Sequence record: PQ330092.1
Length of the DNA stretch: 64,000 bases
Reading direction: 5' to 3' (one strand)
Below, in pieces: positions 39,097 to 49,565 of the stretch. Under the pieces are notes generated by a model that saw only the letters and a program-made list of their open reading frames with translations, was not told the DNA's origin and did not search any database. Numbering within the stretch: the stretch's first letter is position 1; each line of letters starts with the position of its first letter. The translations under genes and the position numbers were made by a program.

Positions 39097-39464
39097 TGGA
39101 AATTGCTCTTATTATCTTAACTGCTATGCTGTTTATTAGTACTGTGGTTATAATTGGTAAATTCTTTTGTGTATCATTTTTAGAAACGGTATACGATGAA
39201 ATTTCTGATGATTATGAATTACAAGCCGGATTTTTCATTACGTATTGGCTTAGTTTATTTTGTCTAGTCATTGCTTGGATTTTACATATCTTTAAATGGG
39301 GTATGGTAGACGGTGATCCTATTATGGCAATTATTGTTCTAGTGTTTGGTATCCTTGGTGGTGCAGTGCATAATCTAATGGTTATCTGGCAAACTGTTCA
39401 ATATGTTTTGGTTCCCTATTTCGAAAAGATGCACAGTACAATTAAAAAACGTAAACGAGGTTAG
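39096..39464 (+). CDS. 3-TM membrane protein, paralog family
   Basis: GKFF..VYD; basic tail. Confidence 0.75.
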   Translation: MEIALIILTAMLFISTVVIIGKFFCVSFLETVYDEISDDYELQAGFFITYWLSLFCLVIAWILHIFKWGMVDGDPIMAIIVLVFGILGGAVHNLMVIWQTVQYVLVPYFEKMHSTIKKRKRG

Positions 39465-39465
39465 T

Positions 39466-39828
39466 ATGAACGGGATAGAATTATCTTTCGTTGGTCAATT
39501 ACTAGTAATGGCGTATACATTTATCTTCTCACTGAATGCATTCGTGTGCATTGGGAAGTACTTCCATAAGCGACCATTATCAAATATATATGATGTAATC
39601 CAAAAGAGATATAGTCCAGCATATACTGTGTTGGGTACAGTATTCAATTTTGGTTTTATTGTATTAATAATTGGACTGTTCACATCCTCTTTGAATACAA
39701 TAACCTTCGGTCTTATGATATGTTCATTGGTATTAGCCGTAATTATATGTTGTTTAGTACTACACCTTGTGATACTATTATATATAAAGATCTCTGAAAT
39801 CCACCAACGTTTGGGTATGAGGAAATAA
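39466..39828 (+). CDS. 3-TM membrane protein, paralog family
   Basis: GAGG SD before ATG 39466; GKYFHKR..IYD. Confidence 0.75.
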   Translation: MNGIELSFVGQLLVMAYTFIFSLNAFVCIGKYFHKRPLSNIYDVIQKRYSPAYTVLGTVFNFGFIVLIIGLFTSSLNTITFGLMICSLVLAVIICCLVLHLVILLYIKISEIHQRLGMRK

Positions 39829-39829
39829 T

Positions 39830-40201
39830 ATGAGTTACCGTGAGATATTTTCCATTATTTCAATTATTATGTTCAGTACTGGAACACTGGTATGGTTATT
39901 ATATTTCTTCTGTATTAATCCAGTGTATAATATGTTATGTAATATTAAATCAAGTGCCGGATATATCACTTTTATGGTCTTTATGGGATATTATTGTCTA
40001 AGCATTTTAGGTGTTGTTTTGGTTGTTATATTTGATGTGGGGCCAAATAGTGATGGTATGGAAATACATGAATTAATAACCATGTTTGGATGTATGATAC
40101 CAACAGCACTACTGTTTGTAGCTACTGGTAGTGGATTGATAAAATTATATAATTATTTAAAATCCATTCATAATTCCATTCATAATAAGCGTATGTCATA
40201 A
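39830..40201 (+). CDS. 3-TM membrane protein, paralog family
   Basis: YFF..VYN. Confidence 0.75.
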   Translation: MSYREIFSIISIIMFSTGTLVWLLYFFCINPVYNMLCNIKSSAGYITFMVFMGYYCLSILGVVLVVIFDVGPNSDGMEIHELITMFGCMIPTALLFVATGSGLIKLYNYLKSIHNSIHNKRMS

Positions 40202-40243
40202 TAAAAAATCCAGTACTATTAAGTACTGGATGTATAAGGAGTT

Positions 40244-40906
40244 ATGATGAAATCAAAATTAGGTTTGTTTTATAAAAACTATTTTGTTAAACAACGTAAA
40301 TTTATAAAAAAATATTTCTCTGGTGAGAAGTCTAGTCCTATAATTTTTAAAAGACCAAGTTATAATACTTACTTAGCTGGTGCTAAACAGTCTAAGAAAT
40401 TTATTACTCTTTTAAATAAAAACAAAATTAAAGCTTCTTATGTTGAAACGAGAAGAAACTCATCAATAACTCCTGGTGATTTTATTGAGTACGGATGTTT
40501 CAATATTAAGTATAATGATAATACATACTTTATGGATATTGATTGTAATACATCCAATCTTTTTAACATTGTAGTAAATCCATTAAAACAATATAATGTT
40601 TATGGTGATTCTATTATCAAATTAATCAAAAACAAAGATGGCTTTGATTTTGAAATAAATGTTTTAGATGATAATTTTGACGAAGTACCCGTAAACCCTG
40701 AAATCTGTGATATTTTAAACAGTTTAAAAGGTAGTACCTACAATATATCATCTGATTTAATGTTTCAGTACTCATTAATCCATAAAGATATTGAAAAGTA
40801 TATTGAATGCTCCAGAATTTTGAATTTTCTCTATGATGAATTTAAAAAGAGTTCTAAAATAACCGCATACACTTTGTACAATATTCCTAAAATGGTGAAT
40901 CTTTGA
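40244..40906 (+). CDS. basic hypothetical protein, EExxFQ family
   Basis: AAGGAG SD; LMFQYSLIH; resembles 57770..58429. Confidence 0.75.
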   Translation: MMKSKLGLFYKNYFVKQRKFIKKYFSGEKSSPIIFKRPSYNTYLAGAKQSKKFITLLNKNKIKASYVETRRNSSITPGDFIEYGCFNIKYNDNTYFMDIDCNTSNLFNIVVNPLKQYNVYGDSIIKLIKNKDGFDFEINVLDDNFDEVPVNPEICDILNSLKGSTYNISSDLMFQYSLIHKDIEKYIECSRILNFLYDEFKKSSKITAYTLYNIPKMVNL

Positions 40907-41310
40907 CAAATACAGTACTGGCAACTCCACCGTCTGTAATATATTGTCCAGTACTGTAAATTTGTATACCATCGGTTAAGTAAGTTCTGTATAAAGTTGC
41001 TGTAACATATACGTTATTCATATTCATCTCTATTGGTAGTACACATTTGGTATAGGCTGAGACATCTGTTTGTGTACCTATACCTAATTGACCTGCGTTA
41101 TCGCCTGTGTTATAACCAGTTGCGTAAACACCTAATGAAGTTATAATATGATTAGAAAAATATGAATAACCCAAACTCTTGAGATTCTCTACTGTACAAC
41201 GTACCATCTGACATAAGGGCAAAAACTGTCGTATCAGATGAAGCTATTTTTGTAACAGAAGGTTGTATGTTCTTTTTTGATGATGTGATAATTCTTCGAA
41301 AGGGTAGCAT
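40887..41310 (-). pseudogene. internally deleted RCC1-like cassette
   Basis: MLPFRRII.. N-terminus (stops at 41152) joined out of frame to a C-terminal blade ending DSPF like 49566..50729. Confidence 0.7.
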
Positions 41311-41381
41311 TGTATCCTCCAAATGTAAATCGTTATTATATTTAGGACAAAAAAATGCCAGTACAAAATACTGGCTTTATT

Positions 41382-42587
41382 TTATATACCACGACTGGGT
41401 ATTTTATATAATTGAAATTTAGTGTAATAATCAGAAACTGTTGTACCTGTCGCTTGTGGGATATAGCCACTCAAATAAACATCCCCTTGATTATCCATAT
41501 ACACATTTGTACATTCACTTGGACAGAATAACTCGATGCTGCCAACTTTAGGTGCATCAACTGGAACTACAAATGTAGTACTTGATGTGGTATTACCGCG
41601 ACCGAGCCTACCATATGTGTTTATACCACACATATAAAGTGAATTGTTAGTTTTAACCGTAAGCCCACCATATGTTAATGAATTTGATTTCATTTCCATA
41701 TTATCTGATATTGGTAGAGTGGAGATTGTAGATAATACTGTCCCTGATGAAGCGGCTGAACTATTACCCAAGTTACCTTCCGATTGAATCCCACTTGCAC
41801 GAACTGTATATGTATTATTCGTGTTGTGTTTAGATACAACCCATGATGCACTCCCACCAAGTTCATAATGTATAACAGTATTGTTGGCTAATGCACCCAT
41901 TTGTGTCCATACTCTAATGTTAGTTTCACCATTACTTATACCAAGTGAACCCCATGTGTTTTGACCAGTGACCCAAAGTGTTTTATCAATTTTCTGCACA
42001 ATCACTGCACTTGAACCTGTTTTTACACTATCCACATTCGTATTAATTGAAGTAAATGTTGATAATCTTGTGGTTGTGTTATTACCAAAATATCCCTGTG
42101 TATTGGCCCCCATTCCATATAGCGTACCATTTTGAAGTAAAACAAAAATACCCTCCCCTACAATTTGAATGTCCTTAATTTGCGACAATTGTGTTGCATT
42201 GAATACTGATGTAAAATATGAAGTACAATCAGTATAAGTACTGACAGTACTTAATCCTGTACCAATAGCTCTACCTACGCCACTGTAATAAAATTTATTA
42301 TCTTCGGTTTGGATTAAATTAAAAGAACCTTGGGCTGTTCTAAAACGTTTTACATTTTGGTATATTAAAGCCCACTCTTTTACTTTCGCATTAGGTACAC
42401 CATTTCCGAATCCATAGTTTTGTGAACTAGTTCCACCTATACCCATTAAGTCTCCATTTTTATATAATAGTAAGAGTGCTGTTGCTGGAATAACTGACGC
42501 ACTATAACCATTGTAAATAAAGATTTCTTTCACTTCAGGAACTTTCATTTTATTTGCGTATTTTATCATCCTTGGAAAAGGTAACAT
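41382..42587 (-). CDS. RCC1/BLIP-II-like beta-propeller, MLPF cassette (401 aa)
   Basis: GxNxxGxLG repeats; MLPFPRMIKY. Confidence 0.8.
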   Translation of the reverse strand: MLPFPRMIKYANKMKVPEVKEIFIYNGYSASVIPATALLLLYKNGDLMGIGGTSSQNYGFGNGVPNAKVKEWALIYQNVKRFRTAQGSFNLIQTEDNKFYYSGVGRAIGTGLSTVSTYTDCTSYFTSVFNATQLSQIKDIQIVGEGIFVLLQNGTLYGMGANTQGYFGNNTTTRLSTFTSINTNVDSVKTGSSAVIVQKIDKTLWVTGQNTWGSLGISNGETNIRVWTQMGALANNTVIHYELGGSASWVVSKHNTNNTYTVRASGIQSEGNLGNSSAASSGTVLSTISTLPISDNMEMKSNSLTYGGLTVKTNNSLYMCGINTYGRLGRGNTTSSTTFVVPVDAPKVGSIELFCPSECTNVYMDNQGDVYLSGYIPQATGTTVSDYYTKFQLYKIPSRGI

Positions 42588-42658
42588 AAAATCCTCCTTT
42601 ATTCATTATACTATATTTAATCAAAAAGAAAAGCCAGTGTTAAGTACTGGCATAAAAT

Positions 42659-43828
42659 CTAAGCAGAAGGCATATTCTTCATCTTAATAAATGAAAATTG
42701 TGTACCAGTATTTGTGGTTTGATCAGTAAAATATGAATTACTCCCAGCCCAGTACAATTCATTATTGACTATACAATATATAACAGAACTCGAACTCTGT
42801 GAATACACACGACTTATATTTGATTGTTCTACTCCAGTACTGAACTGAACTACCCCCAACTGTGAACTTGGTATTACATTAGTTGGTCTACCTAAACCGT
42901 TAACACCCGCACCACCACCACATGTATATACTCCAGTACTATCAGTTGATATATTAACATAACCATTTCCGGCATTTTCAAATAGTATTTCACTGGGAAC
43001 AACACCAAATCCTGTAAGATCTATTTTCCTGAATGTAGTATAAACCGTAGAACCGCCAACACCTCTTCCACCATAATCATTCGAACCAGCCATATAGATA
43101 CTATATCCAGAACTTCCTAAACATAATAACTGTACGTTGTCATATAATATTTGCATAGATATAACGTTATCAGGAATACTCAATACCGTAAAAGTAGTTA
43201 AAGAAGAACTTCCAATATTACTACCAACCGATGTTCCACATCTGTAGTACTTACCGCCTTTTATATAATGGAACGATGAACCGCCTAACTTATGTGCTCC
43301 TATTTCACTTACCCCAGTATCTATAAGAATGGGAGATACAACTTTGTTATTAACACCTAACTCAGATCTACTGTTCATACCGAACCCATATAAACGACCA
43401 TCTAACATCAATATTAGTGTACTACCTGACGTACCTGCTGACGTAAATTCTATATTCTTTATTTGCGACACGTCAATACCTACAAATAATGAAGTTACTT
43501 CAGTCCAGTTAACATATGAACCACTAGCCCCAAAATATCCACCCATGTATAGTCCGGCACAATATAACTTATTATCAACAGTCTTTATTAATGTACCGGA
43601 TACACACGCCCAAAAATCATCAACTTCATAGGGTACATGTACCCAACCACCTAATACATCACTAGCATCCCCTGTACCTAATTTATAGTTCGAACCAGAA
43701 CCACGCATGTACATATTCCCTGTACTATAAAGTAATCCGACATGTAATTGACTACCATCCAATTTCTTTATTTCAGGAAGAGTTGGTTTAATATTTCCGT
43801 ACTTTAACATTCTTCCAAAAGGTAACAT
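42659..43828 (-). CDS. RCC1-like beta-propeller, MLPF cassette (389 aa)
   Basis: MLPFGRMLKYGNI; GxNxxxxLG repeats. Confidence 0.8.
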   Translation of the reverse strand: MLPFGRMLKYGNIKPTLPEIKKLDGSQLHVGLLYSTGNMYMRGSGSNYKLGTGDASDVLGGWVHVPYEVDDFWACVSGTLIKTVDNKLYCAGLYMGGYFGASGSYVNWTEVTSLFVGIDVSQIKNIEFTSAGTSGSTLILMLDGRLYGFGMNSRSELGVNNKVVSPILIDTGVSEIGAHKLGGSSFHYIKGGKYYRCGTSVGSNIGSSSLTTFTVLSIPDNVISMQILYDNVQLLCLGSSGYSIYMAGSNDYGGRGVGGSTVYTTFRKIDLTGFGVVPSEILFENAGNGYVNISTDSTGVYTCGGGAGVNGLGRPTNVIPSSQLGVVQFSTGVEQSNISRVYSQSSSSVIYCIVNNELYWAGSNSYFTDQTTNTGTQFSFIKMKNMPSA

Positions 43829-43838
43829 AATTTTCTCC

Positions 43839-45018
43839 TTAAATTTGTGGCAATTGGTATTCAGTTAAAGTCCATGTACCAACAACTGTCCCTACTGGAG
43901 ACATACCAGTGTAGTATAATTTCCCATTCACATATGCAAATAATGCATTGTCATTCGCAGCAACCAACGATGTTGACGGATCATAAACTACAGAATTTGG
44001 AAATTGTGCTTGGACGAAAATTGAAGCATTATTAGATGAATTGTTACCAAGCTGTCCATAATTATTATACCCTGTTCCAAAAATACGACTTCCATTTCTA
44101 TATAATAATCCCCTAGGATTTTGTGAATATGTTTGTATAAATTCAAAATCGGAAACATTAGTTAATTGTAAATAAGTACTTTGTGGAGTTAAAGATATCT
44201 TATTAGTATTAGATAGAACACCATTTCCTAATTGTCCGTGAATTTTGTGACCCTACACCATATAGCGGATAAGTATTATCTACATTAAGAACTATACCCA
44301 ACATATTGTTATATGAAATTATATCAACGGGGTACTGGCCTGTAGGAAAACTATACTTTGTCCAACTCGTCAAAGTATCAGTAGCAGAACCAGTTAACAA
44401 TGTACCAGTACTAGTTTTACCACATCTCCATGCTGAATTATCATTTTTAATTATCCAAGTTGGACTATTGAAAAATGAACTAACCTTTTTAACATTAATA
44501 TTAACCTGTGTAAATGATGTAAGTGTAGATGAACTACTACCCAACTCATAGGTTGAATTATCACCTATTGCGTAAAGAACACTATCATTTGTTAGTAAAA
44601 ACATATTACGAACATTTGGATATATCTCCTTGATATTATCCACATTAAAACCTGAAAAATAAGACGTACAATCAACAAATGTAGTACTTTGAACTGCACT
44701 AGATGTACCAGTCCAAAGGTTCCAACCTGCATAATAAAATTTATTATCATTGGTCTGAACTAAGCTATATGAAGCATTCCTTGTGCACCAAAAATTTTTC
44801 ACATTTTGCATTAAGCGAACCCATTTGGTCTGTGTTGTCGTATTGCCTAGTCCGAAAATACCAGCATTGTTGCCGCCTATACCCCACAAATCACCGTTAC
44901 TATACTGTAGCATCAATGTATTGTTGGTGAACGCCGATGGTGCTTGCATTTTAATTACATTAGCTGATGGTGCAGGTGCTATATTCCCGTACTTAACCAT
45001 TCTTGCAAAAGGTAACAT
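43839..45018 (-). pseudogene. RCC1-like cassette gene with a +1 frameshift at about 44243-44246
   Basis: Removing one A gives GSQIHGQLGN.. to TAA 43839 (392 aa), colinear with 52046..53233. Confidence 0.8.
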
Positions 45019-45099
45019 AAATCCCTCCTTTATTCATTATACTATATTTAATCAAAAAGAAAAGCCAGCACTCGGTACTGGCTTTTTGATATACATACT

Positions 45100-46287
45100 T
45101 CATATACCCAATTTAATTGGCTCATATTGAAATAGTGTAGGATTGGAGTCAGGGTAGTTCACCACTTCTGTTCCTGGATATGCACCATACCCGTTGAATG
45201 CACCTGAACCATATACTATACCATCGGTGCTAATTAATGCAGAATAATTGTTTCCCATACCAACTGACAGTACTGTCATCGTTGATGTACCTTCTGGTAG
45301 GTTTATAACCTGCTCTCTGAAACTATTACCAGAAGCTGTCGGAACACTAAATCCTAATCTGCCATTGCTACTATTAGTAGAACCAGTTGCATAACGTGTA
45401 CCTGTACTCAAATCCTGAATCCAACACGATGGTCCTTGACCCTCTGGATCAGTCCAGTATCTAAAATTAGCACTATCGTATGTAAAGGGAAGAACTGCTA
45501 ATCTGTTAGTTCCCTGGGAACCTGAAGTATACGTCAATCCATACAATGGAGTAAGCAAACCACGAACATATAATCCAGTACTCTTGGTGTATAACAATGA
45601 GCCGCCTGAACCATCCGAATTGATTGAAAGGATATCAGTATCACCTATATTTGTGAATACCTTAATATCAGATGATCCAGATGTTAATCCATAATTACCA
45701 CAGAACCAAGCTGTGTTATCGTTCTTTAACACAACAACTGTTTCATAAGAACAGGTTACCACATCTTTACAGTTAGTATTGATTTGTACAAATTCACCTA
45801 TCTTCCCCGTTAGGGTATTATTACCAAACTGTCCACGGTTATTTGAACCCATAGCATATAATATTCCAGTACTATTCAATGCGTATATTGTACTAGTTCC
45901 TGGTGTTTCACGGCGTGTAATTGCAATCTTTGTAATAGTTCCTAATGTGCTGAAAAATGAACTCACATCAACGAAACTTGTTTGTGAACCTAATCCAAAT
46001 TGACTTAAATTCCCCGCCGCCATATATCTTCCATCATTCATTAGACATATAGTATATGCTGGATGACAGTATATCATAGCTACATTTATAAGAACTAAGC
46101 TAGGCACTCCACCAACAATCGAAGTGTTGGGTGTACCAAAACGATATTCATTGTTTGACCCATATGCAAATAACTTACCATCAGTAGTTAAAAATAAATG
46201 CCCTAATCCATAAGTATTAATCTTGCGGATACCAGCGGGTGGTGGTATCTTATTCCCGTACGTTAACATTCTCCCAAAAGGTAACAT
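45100..46287 (-). CDS. RCC1-like beta-propeller, MLPF cassette (395 aa)
   Basis: MLPFGRMLTYGNK; GSNNRGQFG. Confidence 0.8.
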   Translation of the reverse strand: MLPFGRMLTYGNKIPPPAGIRKINTYGLGHLFLTTDGKLFAYGSNNEYRFGTPNTSIVGGVPSLVLINVAMIYCHPAYTICLMNDGRYMAAGNLSQFGLGSQTSFVDVSSFFSTLGTITKIAITRRETPGTSTIYALNSTGILYAMGSNNRGQFGNNTLTGKIGEFVQINTNCKDVVTCSYETVVVLKNDNTAWFCGNYGLTSGSSDIKVFTNIGDTDILSINSDGSGGSLLYTKSTGLYVRGLLTPLYGLTYTSGSQGTNRLAVLPFTYDSANFRYWTDPEGQGPSCWIQDLSTGTRYATGSTNSSNGRLGFSVPTASGNSFREQVINLPEGTSTMTVLSVGMGNNYSALISTDGIVYGSGAFNGYGAYPGTEVVNYPDSNPTLFQYEPIKLGI

Positions 46288-46295
46288 ATTCCCTC

Positions 46296-47471
46296 CTATT
46301 CCGGTAAAATCATTTTCTTCATTTTAACTTGTTGTGTACCTGCACTCTGTTCCTGGAACATAGAACCACTACCACACCAGTACACCTCATTTGCCCCCAC
46401 TAATGCGTATAACACACCGGAACTACCCTGAACTGAAAACGCCTGAACAGCCGGTGCAGTAACGGAATCCTCAAATAGTACTGGGTAGTACGCAGTTCTA
46501 GGTGTCGATGAAGTTATTTCTCTACCAAGAGCAACACCATTACCACAAGTATATAATTTGCCACCCTGAGTCATCGCAATCATATGAGCATTAATACAAG
46601 AATTATTCAGCGAACCCACATCTGGTACAATACCATAAATTGTAGGTGTCATACTAAATGGACTCATTATTATACTGGTGTCTCCATAACCAATACCTAA
46701 AGTATAATCCGTGTTTTGTCCAGCACTATACACTCTAATAGTACCATTATATGAAGTTAGTACTGACGTCGCATTTGTCGTACATGCAATACCCAGTACT
46801 GAACCAAATATATCTGAACTTACTGTGAATGTAGATAAACTAGAAGAGCTTGTTCCTAGGTTGTATCTAGCATTGCTACCACATCTGTAGTACTGACCGT
46901 TTTTCACATAATGAAACGCCGCTGCACGGTCTGTGCCTGCAATTAAAGTAACTCCGGTGTCAATCTTAATAGGTGTTGATTGGATTCCAGAAACGCCTAA
47001 TACACCAGCACCATTACGACCTATACCATATAAGTCCCCGCTACTTAACAAAATTAATATAGCACCATTGGTAGTTGTAGACTCGGTAGAAGCTATATTT
47101 TGTATAGTACTAAGTCCTGGAATTGAAGATAATATTGTTGTAATATTAGTCCACCCAGGACCGCTGGTTGCAACTACACCAACATAACCCATCTGACCAG
47201 CTAAGTATAATTCACCACTTGTAGTAAGTATAATAGTCGCGTAAGTTAAGCACCAAACATCAGCAACACTATATGGACATTTAATCCACCTATCCTGAAC
47301 GAATCCAGTACTGTCATTTCCTAACTTATATTCCACACCAGCACCACGTAGATATAAATTCCCATTATCGAATAACATACCAACGTGACTAATGGAAGTA
47401 CTAATCTTTCGCACTACACTGGGAGCAGGTGCAATATTCCCGTACTTAACCATTCTTGCAAAAGGTAACAT
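46296..47471 (-). CDS. RCC1-like beta-propeller, MLPF cassette (391 aa)
   Basis: True start 47471; closest to 42659..43828. Confidence 0.8.
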   Translation of the reverse strand: MLPFARMVKYGNIAPAPSVVRKISTSISHVGMLFDNGNLYLRGAGVEYKLGNDSTGFVQDRWIKCPYSVADVWCLTYATIILTTSGELYLAGQMGYVGVVATSGPGWTNITTILSSIPGLSTIQNIASTESTTTNGAILILLSSGDLYGIGRNGAGVLGVSGIQSTPIKIDTGVTLIAGTDRAAAFHYVKNGQYYRCGSNARYNLGTSSSSLSTFTVSSDIFGSVLGIACTTNATSVLTSYNGTIRVYSAGQNTDYTLGIGYGDTSIIMSPFSMTPTIYGIVPDVGSLNNSCINAHMIAMTQGGKLYTCGNGVALGREITSSTPRTAYYPVLFEDSVTAPAVQAFSVQGSSGVLYALVGANEVYWCGSGSMFQEQSAGTQQVKMKKMILPE

Positions 47472-47541
47472 ATTCCCTCCTTTATTCATTATACTATATT
47501 TAATACAAATAAGAAAGCCAGTACTTTGTACTGGCATAATT

Positions 47542-48684
47542 TCAATAAACATCCCAAGGTAATGGTGTCTTCCTAAATCCATACCTGGTTGTGCTCGCAC
47601 CATCGCCAGCAATGTATCGACCGATGCCACATTGGTATAACTCTGTACTACTACATATAGCACCACCAATAGTACCACTACCCCACTGAATTATATTAGA
47701 ATATGTTATTGGTAAATCACTACATTTAGTATATACACCAACGGTAGCAGCACCACTAATACCACCAAACATGCTTCGGTTAGCACCAGTGTAATATATA
47801 CCATCTGGACTCATAAATGCAGAGGTGTACGTTGTACTACAATCCACTGGACTTCTTATAGTATTAAGATCGCCAGGGTATGTTCTAGCAGCATATACGT
47901 AAACATTACCATCAGTAGTAATACCATTACCCAACTGACCACTGTTCTGACCACCACACGTAACTAACGATGCAGAACCAGAAACAATTGCAGTAGCATT
48001 ATACGAAGTACCCATTGCAATAGAAGCACCAGACAATAGTTTTGGTGTAACGATAGCTGTTGTATTACCCTGGCCTAATTCACCATTTGTGTTTCGTCCC
48101 CATGCGTATATAGAAGTCGTATCCAATCGACATAGTACTGAACCATAACTAAACGTATATCGCATGTCATTTACAGCAGAAGGCAAATTAACCTTAGTTG
48201 CAACACTAATAACACCACCAGTAACACCACTGTTTGCGTTCATGTTACGACCATATGCATATAAAGAACCATCTGAAGTTTTAATATGCATCATACCATC
48301 TGTGCAATATAATGCATCGATGCTATCCACCGCAACCGGACCCATACTGGCAGTTATATCGGTCCACCCCAGAGTAGTAGTACTAGAAATTAAGTTATTT
48401 CCTGCGTAAAGGATTCTATTATTATTAGTAACTACCACTGTATATCTAGCAGTAACTCCAATTAATCGAACATCAGTATATATCTTAGACCACGCACCTA
48501 GTGAATTGGTATTTGCATCCAAAAAGCCTAACTGCCCATCTGTATTGTATCCAATACCCCATGCATCACCTGCACTGTCCAATAACACTTCATGTGAAAA
48601 GCCAATCTTAAAATCTTTTATTGTAGGAACTACCGGAACTGGTGCAATATTCCCGTACTTAACCATTCTTCCAAAAGGTAACAT
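47542..48684 (-). CDS. RCC1-like beta-propeller, MLPF cassette (380 aa)
   Basis: True start 48684; GYNTDGQLG, WGRNTNGELGQG. Confidence 0.82.
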   Translation of the reverse strand: MLPFGRMVKYGNIAPVPVVPTIKDFKIGFSHEVLLDSAGDAWGIGYNTDGQLGFLDANTNSLGAWSKIYTDVRLIGVTARYTVVVTNNNRILYAGNNLISSTTTLGWTDITASMGPVAVDSIDALYCTDGMMHIKTSDGSLYAYGRNMNANSGVTGGVISVATKVNLPSAVNDMRYTFSYGSVLCRLDTTSIYAWGRNTNGELGQGNTTAIVTPKLLSGASIAMGTSYNATAIVSGSASLVTCGGQNSGQLGNGITTDGNVYVYAARTYPGDLNTIRSPVDCSTTYTSAFMSPDGIYYTGANRSMFGGISGAATVGVYTKCSDLPITYSNIIQWGSGTIGGAICSSTELYQCGIGRYIAGDGASTTRYGFRKTPLPWDVY

Positions 48685-48755
48685 AATTCCCTCCTTATTC
48701 ATTATACTATATTTAATACAAATAAGAAAGCCAGTATCAAGTACTGGCCTATATT

Positions 48756-49493
48756 TTAGACTGAATTGTTAGGATAATATCTCCCACGTCCCCATATTAT
48801 TCGCACAGCACCACCACCAGCAGCCGTATAAGAAAAATTATCCCATATACTACCACCACCACCATACATCTTACCAGCACCACCACTACCAGCACCACCA
48901 TTATATGAACCATCGTATCTACCGCCAATACCATTAGCACCTTGAACAATGATACCAGTACCACCACCCGTACCAATGAACGAGGTATTATAGAATGCAC
49001 CACCACCACCGCCGCCGCCAGCACCATTTTCACCAGTGATTGCATCTCCGTTACCACCTTTACCAGTGTAGCCACCAGCACCACCACCAATGACTGCACC
49101 ACCACTTACACCAGCGTTGCCCCCATTACCACCACCATCATTAATAGCGTTAGCAGCTTTCCCACCTAGTCCACCAACCCTATATTCACCAGTGAAGCTA
49201 ACACATAGTTTTTCAGTTCCACGATATAAACCGTTTTCAACTGCTGTAGTAGTGTTGGGATGTGTAAGAGAAACACTTAAGTACTCACCACCAGAAACCG
49301 GAATATTATTACGCCACGATAAGCCGCCACCAGCACCACGTTGACCACCCGGCGAAATAACACATACTGATATTTCGGTAACGCCAGCAGGAACTGTAAA
49401 TTGTGTTGTTCCTATTGTCGTGATTAATTGTTCACCATGTGGCTTATATTCAATTTTATTCCCGAACTTAACCATTCTTCCAAAAGGTAACAT
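48756..49493 (-). CDS. glycine-rich protein carrying the MLPF leader (245 aa)
   Basis: FTVPAGVTEISV..GGGG..GGGAVRIIWG; no RCC1 repeats. Confidence 0.75.
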   Translation of the reverse strand: MLPFGRMVKFGNKIEYKPHGEQLITTIGTTQFTVPAGVTEISVCVISPGGQRGAGGGLSWRNNIPVSGGEYLSVSLTHPNTTTAVENGLYRGTEKLCVSFTGEYRVGGLGGKAANAINDGGGNGGNAGVSGGAVIGGGAGGYTGKGGNGDAITGENGAGGGGGGGAFYNTSFIGTGGGTGIIVQGANGIGGRYDGSYNGGAGSGGAGKMYGGGGSIWDNFSYTAAGGGAVRIIWGRGRYYPNNSV

Positions 49494-49565
49494 AATTCCC
49501 TCCTTTATTCATTATACTATATTTAATACAAAAAGAAATGCCAGTATCAAGTACTGGCATTCTTT

